A stretch of 64,000 nucleotides of DNA from contig CBDURE010000002.1 of the NCBI GenBank assembly GCA_965369605.1, positions 72 through 64,071 of the forward strand, in the 5' to 3' direction. The translations under genes and the position numbers were made by a program. The stretch comes from an uncultured bacterium. GTDB taxonomy: Bacteria > JAJVIF01 > JAGGVT01. Within the stretch, counting starts at the first letter, position 1; every line of letters starts with the position of its first letter. This document shows, piece by piece, positions 10,009 through 17,852 of the stretch. Under the pieces are notes generated by a model. That model made no database searches and was not told the origin of the DNA. It saw only the letters and a program-made list of their open reading frames with translations.

Positions 10009-10966
10009 TGCATCTCCTAATAATGCTGGCTGCACTGCAGAAGTCACAGTCGTGATATAGGATATCCTGGTGGAGCATATGAGAAATATAGGATGTAAAG
10101 TCATTAGGCCACTGATCTGAAAGTATAGTCTTAAACGGTCTCCATGGACATAATCCTAAGCTGCCATTCCAATTGAGTGTAATGGAGGGTATCCTGCAAA
10201 AGACTATACTAAGCCCCTTTTGCTCCAAAATAGGGGACAATCGTTCAAGAAGAACGATGCGTCTTTTGGAGAGGTTCAGACTCATGCGATTAATCCCGTC
10301 GGGAATGGTGTCTGTAGCGAACTTTTGTACAGCTGACTCAAAGGATTTATCATCTGGAACAAGCCAACGATTTTCAGGTAATGAGCCTCTTCCAACAGTT
10401 TGGAATTCAAGAAACTGTAACTCGTTCGCACCGGTAGCCGCAAATGTGGCGATCATCTCTTTCATGTACTGAATATTGCCTGAGTGTAGAGTTGTCCGGA
10501 TAACCACCTTAGCGTTAGCACGTACTCCATGTTCTATACAGTGTAATACGTCGATTAGCCTATTAGCGCGAATCAATCCGTGAATCTTTTCCGTATGTCC
10601 TTCAGCGGATATGCGAAGGCGGAATGGTCCGAATTGTCCTGTCATCCGTATCTCGTCAAACGGAAAAGGAATGGAACCGTTAGTAGTCATTGTTACGCGT
10701 GGCAGAATTTCTTCGCGAAGTCCATTTATAATTGTCTTGAATTGGGGGTGCAAAAGGATCTCGCCACCTTCAATCTCAAATTCTGCATGCGGTGTTACAT
10801 CTTCTATTTCACTCAATGCACGCAAGAGAATGTCGGCAGGTAAATCATATTTGCTTGTCGAATCAGATGATGTATCAATAAAGCAATGAGTGCAATTTAA
10901 ATTACAGCGAGATGTAGCAAAAACATGTACGGAAAGAGGATGTTTGGCAACGGTACCGTCAAGCAT
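9998..10966 (-). CDS. Radical SAM enzyme with Cys-rich (SPASM/twitch-like) C-terminus
   Basis: Canonical CX3CX2C in ATSRCNLNCTHCF. C-terminal cysteines in GLCPWRP...HDCDFCSAASIIRRC. Confidence 0.85.
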   Translation of the reverse strand: MLDGTVAKHPLSVHVFATSRCNLNCTHCFIDTSSDSTSKYDLPADILLRALSEIEDVTPHAEFEIEGGEILLHPQFKTIINGLREEILPRVTMTTNGSIPFPFDEIRMTGQFGPFRLRISAEGHTEKIHGLIRANRLIDVLHCIEHGVRANAKVVIRTTLHSGNIQYMKEMIATFAATGANELQFLEFQTVGRGSLPENRWLVPDDKSFESAVQKFATDTIPDGINRMSLNLSKRRIVLLERLSPILEQKGLSIVFCRIPSITLNWNGSLGLCPWRPFKTILSDQWPNDFTSYISHMLHQDILYHDCDFCSAASIIRRCNGQ

Positions 10967-11912
10967 TGCTTTCCCCTCCTCGTTGCAGAATAGTAACTCC
11001 CCTGCTTCCCCCGAATCCAGGGTTAATCAAGATAGATACATCACCGCACGCGATCTTGCCCTCCGCACATGCTCTGATGTAATGACAGAAAGAATCATTA
11101 GAATTAAGATGCCCTGTATCTGGAAGGTAATCCATGAGCAACTTACCGCTGGGGAACCTGAGGACATCAGCGATGATCTGCCCCATTTTTTTGTAAGGGG
11201 TGTGTGGCACTATCCAATCAACGTCTGATAGACAAATACTGGATTGAGATAGGCAAAGCTCAATGGCATTTCGAATGTAGGACGGATTAGCCGCACGAAA
11301 TCTGGCTATAGATTCAGTGGTCGAGTCCTCACCCAGAGTGGCAATGACGTGTGTCTCTGACAGTGTGCCAAGGATTCTATGCGTAACGTTCACAGCACCA
11401 ACACATCCAACAACAATACTGTCCCCCATGGCTGAGCCAAAAAAGAACCGACTCTCCGCAGAAGGAGCTACATCTATCCCAACAAGAACAACGACAGTGC
11501 TCTTGTTCATCTGCTCAAGATAACGAAGCGCTAACCAGACACCGTAATGAAAAATAGAACACGGTTGGCCACTGATAGGAATTATTGGAGTTCGTTCGAA
11601 GGATGTGCCATGCACACAACGTTCGAGGATAGAAGGAAACCGCAAGATCATTCCAGGTATAGAGTGAAGCAAGAGAACAACCTTAGCGTGAGTAGAAATA
11701 CAAGGATGGTTAGCAGCGAGATTTTTAAGGGTTGCTCGAACAAGAACCCCAGGATCAGTTTGCTCACATACTGGAATCCGCGACAAACCGTTTTCAACTA
11801 GTAGAGACATGCTATCATTACTCAATCCGACCTCTTTCGCGAGCTTAATGACGGGCTGTTCATTCAGTCTCACATTTTCAAGGTATTTGAAACCAATCTC
11901 AGAAATTTTCAT
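10959..11912 (-). CDS. KAS III (FabH)-like thiolase-fold condensing enzyme / acyltransferase, divergent
   Basis: Candidate nucleophile in ISGQPCSIFHYG. VPHTPYKKMGQ aligns with the FabH HQAN region, GHLNSNDS with the GNTSAAS region, and the C-terminal FGGSRGVTIL is FabH-like. ATG at 11912 sits 2 nt after the upstream TAA; the track uses TTG at 11927. Confidence 0.65.
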   Translation of the reverse strand: MKISEIGFKYLENVRLNEQPVIKLAKEVGLSNDSMSLLVENGLSRIPVCEQTDPGVLVRATLKNLAANHPCISTHAKVVLLLHSIPGMILRFPSILERCVHGTSFERTPIIPISGQPCSIFHYGVWLALRYLEQMNKSTVVVLVGIDVAPSAESRFFFGSAMGDSIVVGCVGAVNVTHRILGTLSETHVIATLGEDSTTESIARFRAANPSYIRNAIELCLSQSSICLSDVDWIVPHTPYKKMGQIIADVLRFPSGKLLMDYLPDTGHLNSNDSFCHYIRACAEGKIACGDVSILINPGFGGSRGVTILQRGGESNA

Positions 11913-11914
11913 TG

Positions 11915-12886
11915 TTAAGTGATCCAATTCAGGAAGTTTCCAAGTTCCAATTCAGCATTAACGACATCAATAATCTCACTAGGTATTAGTTCGTTTTCAG
12001 TGCTAAGTCGATAAATAAGCTTTCGACATGACAATATTGCCTGTTCCGCCCACTGGAATGACTGTCTGGAACCGTCGCTTCTACAACCGAGTATTTCCTT
12101 GATCAAAGAACAGCAACAAATAATACGACGAATACGTGTTTCCAGGCAGAATGTCAAACCACTCCAAAGTGACCGATTCTTCCTTTTATCCAGTGTTGTG
12201 TTACAAAAGATTTGCAGGACAGGAAGTGTTTCGATACGCAAGCGATTTAGATTCCGTTGCACATTGTGGACAACTGTCTTCGAACCTGTCTGCCAGTCGA
12301 GGACTGGTGGCACATCCTTCACTTGACGCATTGTGTATGGACCTCTTCCTTCTAGCAGATCCTCAGCTCCCCAGGCTGGAATCAGGTTCTGGAGCTCCGT
12401 ATGAACGAGTCCAACCCGTTCGGGATCTAGAATTGTCACTTCATCCAAAACGGGTTCGTAACATACTGCGACAATGTAGTGGTCCAACCCTATGAATTGT
12501 TGCCTGTTTCTTAGGTAGGGTAGAAGTCCCATATTTAAAGGACCTAAGACAACCGGCCCATCATCGAGCAATCTTATCAGTTCTCCAATGGCTTTATTGT
12601 GGTCGTTTTGCGTTCGAAAACACCGGCGCACGGTTTTGATTCCTAATGCGGAACAGGCTAGGTCAAGACCGATATCTGGGTCAACGATGGAGTTGAGTAA
12701 ACGATTCGGGTCTGCCGGGACATGAGCAATACCAAAAGGCACAGTCGTGCAGGCCTCGAACAAAGCAGGTACAGTTCTGTCTATAAGGGCACTTGAGCTT
12801 GATAACAAAGCCTGTGTGTGGCAACCTACAACCCGAAGCCCGGAATTTAGAAATGGCAGAATATTATGTTCAATGCATATCTTCAC
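11915..12886 (-). CDS. Hypothetical protein, paralogue of 3196-4188; possible BtrH_N/DUF4872-like Cys/His acyltransferase
   Basis: GTGA start/stop overlap with the adenylating-enzyme gene (12883-12886). N-terminal GCHTQALL cysteine and DHYIVAVCY histidine block. Paralogy to 3196-4188 is visible by eye. Confidence 0.5.
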   Translation of the reverse strand: MKICIEHNILPFLNSGLRVVGCHTQALLSSSSALIDRTVPALFEACTTVPFGIAHVPADPNRLLNSIVDPDIGLDLACSALGIKTVRRCFRTQNDHNKAIGELIRLLDDGPVVLGPLNMGLLPYLRNRQQFIGLDHYIVAVCYEPVLDEVTILDPERVGLVHTELQNLIPAWGAEDLLEGRGPYTMRQVKDVPPVLDWQTGSKTVVHNVQRNLNRLRIETLPVLQIFCNTTLDKRKNRSLWSGLTFCLETRIRRIICCCSLIKEILGCRSDGSRQSFQWAEQAILSCRKLIYRLSTENELIPSEIIDVVNAELELGNFLNWIT

Positions 12887-14442
12887 ATTTCTACCAACCT
12901 ATAGGCTATATTGCTGAGCTGTTTACGGTCGATTTTTCCATTTTGCGTAACTGGAAAGATATCTCTGGTAATGTGGACATGTTTGGGGGGGAGAGGCCCT
13001 GGAAGAAGATTTCGGGCTGCGTCTGATACGGTGCGAGCATTGATTTGTCTACCGTGTTTGGGACGAACAAAAGCGAATAGCGCGTCACCTCCCAATGAAT
13101 CCTTGACACCCACAATCACAACTTGCTGTATACCAGGCAACGTTGATAGGCTCCGTTCCAAGGTAATCGGGCTGACTCGTTGATCTCGCACTTTAAGGAA
13201 ACTTTGCCCCCGTCCTTCGAAGTAGAGAAACTCGTCGAAGGTTATTCTAAAATAATCCCCTGTGAACAACCATGTGTCACGGGTCTCAGAATCGTATTTG
13301 AAACGATTGGATGTTGCTGCGGGATTGTTTAAGTATCCTCGCATTACATGCGGACCACGCACAACCAGTTCGCCGACCTCATTAACGGGAAGACGTTTCC
13401 CTTTGTCGTCAACTACAGTGACCATGGTTCCGGGCAGCGGTTTGCCGACAGATTCCTCGTGACCGATAAAATTGTGGGGGAGTAAAATACTTACCCTCTT
13501 ACATTCTGTCAGACCGTACATGGGGAAAACCGAGCATGATGGAAGATATCTCTTGAGCGTCAATATAGTCTCGAGTGAAAAAACATCTCCCGTGGAACAG
13601 ACATACCGAAGTTGATCGAAGCGACTCCGACTCAAAAGATTCGATTCAACCAACATGTTAAACAAAGATGGTACTCCGGGGAGTGCCGTTACTCCATATT
13701 TACCCATCCAATAAGGGATGGCCATAGGCATAGAGAAATCCGGTGAGACCACCAATGTCGCTCCGCTGTGCAAGGCCAAGAAAAGCTGATATAATCCATA
13801 GTCGAACGAGAAGGGAAGACCGCAGAGAAGAACGTCTTCCGGTGCATTGCCGAGAATGGAATTGATCGCGTTTACCGCAAAAAGGATTTGTCTATGCGGG
13901 CAAATAACCCCTCGTGGCTCGGAGGTCGATCCCGAAGTATAGATAATCAAAGCTATATCTTCAGACGCTTTAGCTGAATCATTTAGTAGAGGTGTTTGTT
14001 CACTTGTGGAAGAGAGACCTTTTATTTCCTCTTGAATGTACTGTAGAGCGACAGCATCGCAACCAGCTTCAACGTAGGGTGTACTAGAATTCTCATTGAT
14101 AAGATCATCATCCACCAAGCCCAATAGCGGATGGCAGTCCTTGAGCACAAATGATAGTGATTGTGAATCCATCTTGAGTCCAAGGGGAACCATCGTTTTT
14201 CCAGCAATGAAACCTCCGAACAGTGCGCACGCATAGGAATAGCTGTTTTTCGCTTGAAGCGACACACACCCCGGTCTATCACCCGTCCTCATCAAGAGCC
14301 ACCGGGCAAAAAGCATTGAATCAGCGAGCCACATTGCGAAGGAAACACAACGATCATCAGAGACTGAAATCAAACCGGGTTTCTCCCCATAACGTGCGGA
14401 AGCATTGATAAGTAGATCTTCGATGCGCTCAGTATTCCTCAT
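12883..14442 (-). CDS. Adenylate-forming enzyme (acyl/aminoacyl-AMP ligase, ANL superfamily)
   Basis: Core motifs IIYTSGSTSEPRGV (A3), YGLTE (A5), FTGDYF (A7), PVTQNGKIDRKQL (A10). Confidence 0.9.
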   Translation of the reverse strand: MRNTERIEDLLINASARYGEKPGLISVSDDRCVSFAMWLADSMLFARWLLMRTGDRPGCVSLQAKNSYSYACALFGGFIAGKTMVPLGLKMDSQSLSFVLKDCHPLLGLVDDDLINENSSTPYVEAGCDAVALQYIQEEIKGLSSTSEQTPLLNDSAKASEDIALIIYTSGSTSEPRGVICPHRQILFAVNAINSILGNAPEDVLLCGLPFSFDYGLYQLFLALHSGATLVVSPDFSMPMAIPYWMGKYGVTALPGVPSLFNMLVESNLLSRSRFDQLRYVCSTGDVFSLETILTLKRYLPSCSVFPMYGLTECKRVSILLPHNFIGHEESVGKPLPGTMVTVVDDKGKRLPVNEVGELVVRGPHVMRGYLNNPAATSNRFKYDSETRDTWLFTGDYFRITFDEFLYFEGRGQSFLKVRDQRVSPITLERSLSTLPGIQQVVIVGVKDSLGGDALFAFVRPKHGRQINARTVSDAARNLLPGPLPPKHVHITRDIFPVTQNGKIDRKQLSNIAYRLVEM

Positions 14443-15355
14443 GAATCCCGGACCTCCAAGCGGAGCGCGGTTCCAATTTCACATTGTAAGGTTTGCATTT
14501 TTGATTTTCAGCAGCCAACATCAGCTTGCGAAATCTCTGAATAGTTTTAATTGAGAGTCCTGTATGGCTTCTTAATTCTTCGTCCCCCATGCGGAACCCC
14601 TTAATGCCAAATAGAACCAAGTCCACACACTCTGTGGTAAGTTCTGCCTTTATAGTATCCACCTCACGCTCATCATCATCCGAAAAGGATCTCTCCTGCT
14701 GAATCGGTGCTTCGTTAACCAGCCAATATGCGAGATCTTCCAAGTCGGTTTCGCCTTTCCAAAATCCAGCTGAAGCGGGTTGATGAATCACAGAAGATCG
14801 AGTATTTAATAGGTGGGCAACCTGCCGTACTTGGGTTTTGTATAAATGAGAGATAGGTTTCAGATGAGCAATGCCATCACCGAATGGCAGGAAAAATCCC
14901 AACTCGTACTCTGTGCGGTTGGATGTTCCAATAACGACGAATCCACGATCCTGATAGGTTGAAAGAACTGGGGTTCGTAATGAGCACTTCGCTCGGGAAG
15001 GATCCAGAAGACCGTCGGGAAGAAAATTTTGTTGCGGATCAGCTAACGCTAGTCGTCGGATAAACTCCGAAGGGAAATTCCTCAAATCTATCTCATGCAA
15101 ACTGACCGATAGATCATAGGCAAGTTCGCGAGCATACTTAATGTGTGTTTCCTCCATTTCATCTTGGAGTATGACAAACAGCTTCAAATTTTGGGGATCA
15201 ATAGCCAATGCTAGCAAACGCGCCACAACGTCTGAATCAAGTCCTCCAGACACCCCGACAACGGCTTTTTCACTTTTAATGCTTCTCCTCAAGAACCTGA
15301 TGATTCTAACCTTCTCAGCCCTTGCGTCTTTATCAGTAAAAGCAACGCATATCAT
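14429..15355 (-). CDS. PP-loop ATP pyrophosphatase, NAD synthetase (NadE)-like
   Basis: VVGVSGGLDSDVVARLLA (SGGxDS PP-loop). Stop overlaps the next gene's start by 14 nt. Confidence 0.75.
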   Translation of the reverse strand: MICVAFTDKDARAEKVRIIRFLRRSIKSEKAVVGVSGGLDSDVVARLLALAIDPQNLKLFVILQDEMEETHIKYARELAYDLSVSLHEIDLRNFPSEFIRRLALADPQQNFLPDGLLDPSRAKCSLRTPVLSTYQDRGFVVIGTSNRTEYELGFFLPFGDGIAHLKPISHLYKTQVRQVAHLLNTRSSVIHQPASAGFWKGETDLEDLAYWLVNEAPIQQERSFSDDDEREVDTIKAELTTECVDLVLFGIKGFRMGDEELRSHTGLSIKTIQRFRKLMLAAENQKCKPYNVKLEPRSAWRSGIHEEY

Positions 15356-15416
15356 TGGTTATTTACTCCTTCAAGCACGAATTATTTCAATTTCATAAGC
15401 AACATCTATAAAGTTG

Positions 15417-16151
15417 TTACGTTACTAACAGCAATCCTTTTCCCTTCATTTCAGTGGATGCCAGAGTTGCGGGTAACTTCTTAAGCAGATTAAAGCAAGA
15501 GTCACAACAAATAGTTTTCAACTGTTTGCTTACGCTAGACTGGATGTTTAATTTTTCCAGAGCTGTAGGAGACACATTCACATCTCTCGTGTTTAGAAGC
15601 CATGTAGAGAACGGCATTATAGGCACCGAATGGAAAGCAAGGTCATTATCGTTTTCGATTTTTAACAGGCTGTAAAGGTCAGTTTTAGAATTGACAGGCG
15701 TAGCAATAACAAGCAAAGTATCAGAATCTCTCGCTGGTTGTTGCAATGACAATCTAACGACCCGGAAATTATCGATAGTCCCATGTTTCTTGACTTCTCC
15801 GAGTGCCGATTTTGAAGAGACACTCGATGTGGCAGAAGCAACAATAATTACCGATGCAGTACTACCTATGAGGTGATAGTGTGCTATAAACAATGCATTT
15901 AGAAAAGGGTGTATACCATATCCTTCAATGGAAACAGTCAATGCTGTTGGAATACCCAAGAGGTCTGCGATCTCGTAGGCGGACGCTGGCTTCCCCGCAT
16001 CGTATTCGTTTTTACATTCAATCAGCACTACATTATTGTGCATCTCTAGGGCTTCGTGTTGAATCGAAGCGAGGAAGGGTAGAGATGAAACAAAAGTAGG
16101 GCTAGCACTCCTTCGTTGTCGATTGCACTTTGTAATCTCCATCCAAATCAT
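15417..16151 (-). CDS. Hypothetical protein (244 aa)
   Basis: ATGA overlap with the ACP stop (16148-16151) argues for real translation. No motif recognised. Confidence 0.55.
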   Translation of the reverse strand: MIWMEITKCNRQRRSASPTFVSSLPFLASIQHEALEMHNNVVLIECKNEYDAGKPASAYEIADLLGIPTALTVSIEGYGIHPFLNALFIAHYHLIGSTASVIIVASATSSVSSKSALGEVKKHGTIDNFRVVRLSLQQPARDSDTLLVIATPVNSKTDLYSLLKIENDNDLAFHSVPIMPFSTWLLNTRDVNVSPTALEKLNIQSSVSKQLKTICCDSCFNLLKKLPATLASTEMKGKGLLLVT

Positions 16152-16423
16152 AATTGCTCCTCACTATCAATGCCAGCCTTGATTAAAAAAGTCACCAAGC
16201 TTCCTGCTGTGTTAAATATAGAAATAAAATCCGTTTGAACGGGATCAAAGCGAAACCCAAACTCATCCTCAATCGCAATTTGCAAGTTGACAAAAGCCAA
16301 TGAATCAAACCCTAAATCGTTTGAAAGGGAATCGCTTAGGCTAATCTCCTGGTTGTTCGGCAGCCAATCTGCAATTGCACCTAGAACCTGATAAACTCTT
16401 TGTTCAATGGTCATCTTATACAT
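16148..16423 (-). CDS. Acyl/peptidyl carrier protein
   Basis: 91 aa with DLGFDSLAFVNLQIAIEDEFG (DSL phosphopantetheine attachment serine). AGGAG lies 5 nt upstream of the ATG. Confidence 0.9.
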   Translation of the reverse strand: MYKMTIEQRVYQVLGAIADWLPNNQEISLSDSLSNDLGFDSLAFVNLQIAIEDEFGFRFDPVQTDFISIFNTAGSLVTFLIKAGIDSEEQL

Positions 16424-16551
16424 TCTACTCCTGGGGTTAATAAACCGTAAACCATACGACCTCTTTCAGCCAGATTCCTGTTTCAAGGCAACCAATAAGA
16501 ATCTGTAGAAATTAGTGTTCGAAGCTGTTCTGGGAAAATTAGTACGAGACA

Positions 16552-16740
16552 CTATCCCTTAACCTGCGGATCACCAATGCCGGAGCTACCATGGATGAAC
16601 CCCCGGATGTCATTGAAGAATCGTACTATTTCTTCGTTTGTCTTACCTTCGGACCTTTCACACTTAATATGTAGTGAGCCTTCGAAGTTTAGCAAAAGTC
16701 GACTATTAATCTGCATCTGTTCCTGATGGCTCTCCTTCAA
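16552..16740 (-). CDS. Small hypothetical ORF (62 aa, TTG start), doubtful
   Basis: ORF only. Its first codons overlap the tail of the vsr relic in another frame. No motif recognised. Confidence 0.2.
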   Translation of the reverse strand: MKESHQEQMQINSRLLLNFEGSLHIKCERSEGKTNEEIVRFFNDIRGFIHGSSGIGDPQVKG

Positions 16741-16990
16741 TTATTTCTATAGCCAGCTCTTTCAAAAAATAATCAATTCTGTTTTGACATTCCCTGATTA
16801 GGAGACCCCACCATCCTAGCTTCCGAAGTTGCTCAATGTTACGTTGATCTCTTACTCGATTACTCGAAACATTCTCTTTCCAAAATCAGATATTCGATTT
16901 TGGCAATCAAGTAAGTCTGCAGTTAGGATCGAAGTGGCTATACTATAAACACCCATGTACAAACAAATCTGTTTTATATTTAGGCTGTCT
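16706..16990 (-). pseudogene. vsr: vsr (very-short-patch repair endonuclease) relic with three in-frame stops
   Basis: One minus-strand frame reads DLFVHGCL*YSHFDPNCRLT*LPKSNI*FWKENVSSNRVRDQRNIEQLRKLGWWGLLIRECQ. This is collinear with E. coli Vsr FTHGCFWHHHHCYLFKVPATRTEFWLEKIGKNVERDRRDISRLQELGWRVLIVWEC. Stops are at 16943-16945 (TAG, at the conserved W), 16907-16909 and 16886-16888 (TGA). The N-terminal part is not recoverable. Confidence 0.6.
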
Positions 16991-17852
16991 CGCTACAGTT
17001 TCTTACCACCTGTTCACAGATTTGTTTGCCAAGAATAAGATTATGAGACATTTCATCATTATAAACCAGAATAAATAAGGATACAAGATAGATTATATCA
17101 GGAAAAGCCCCTTAGTCAATGGGATTCATTTCCGATGTCTTTGAATTTAGAAGCATCTATTAAACTATATTTGCATCCTTGTGTAAACATGAATAGTTGA
17201 ATTTATTCAACTTGTATTGAGTTATTCTCCTCGGGAAGGAAATTGGTATGTGGTCTTAGTATTAAGCGTAAAAAATACACTGATTAAAACCATTGAACTC
17301 CACCATTTCAAAAATTCCCGTACTCATTCCTCAAGGGGTTTACTCAAATGGCTTCAAGTGAGTAAAAAAAGAAAAATTCACTGCTTTGTTAAAAAAATAC
17401 AGTAAAGAATTGCAGGATTCAAGTTTAAACAGGAGCAACCGTTTTAAAATAGAAAAAAACGCTGATTCGCTCAATGTTGAATGTTTACATGTTATTACAT
17501 ATTTCAGTTGGAGAAAGTACTTTTAATCACAATTGCATACACTTCATCAAATTAAATTATTTGACGTCAGTCAAAATGAAATTCTACTTGAAAGAGTGTC
17601 ACTTGCATTCAATAGTAGCATGAAACTTGGTGATTTATTTGATGTGTTCTATCTTAGTAAAGGAAACCTCTGAAAGAGGTTGCGAACTTCCTGTTCAACC
17701 TCACCACCTATCATGTATAAACCTGTGCAAACTCTGATAATTCATGGCTAAACTAAAGTTCAGGTTCGTGAACTTTACACTAAGCATCCTGTGGACATTC
17801 TCGATAGAAGATATAGACAGGTTTCGAATTTTCATAAGGCATCGCATCTATA

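Noticed and set aside
16552-16740. 62-aa ORF at the head of the operon as a RiPP precursor for the radical SAM/SPASM-like enzyme.
   Set aside because: No Cys/Ser/Thr-rich core or recognisable leader. TTG start that overlaps the vsr relic. A 128-nt gap to the ACP gene. The operon's ACP/adenylation logic does not need a ribosomal precursor. Kept only as a low-confidence ORF.
17561-17574. TTGAC-GTCA-GTCAA, an FNR/CRP-family-like palindrome in the AT-rich spacer.
   Set aside because: It is isolated. The nearest downstream start on either strand is more than 800 nt away, and a 5+5 palindrome is not improbable in 1.1 kb of AT-rich DNA.
17040-17852. Search for a decayed Dcm C5-methyltransferase upstream of the vsr relic.
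   Set aside because: Translating the minus strand in three frames, I could not find PCQ, ENV, QRR or GN(A/S)V motifs. There are only short ORFs of 20 codons or fewer. Not supportable by eye.
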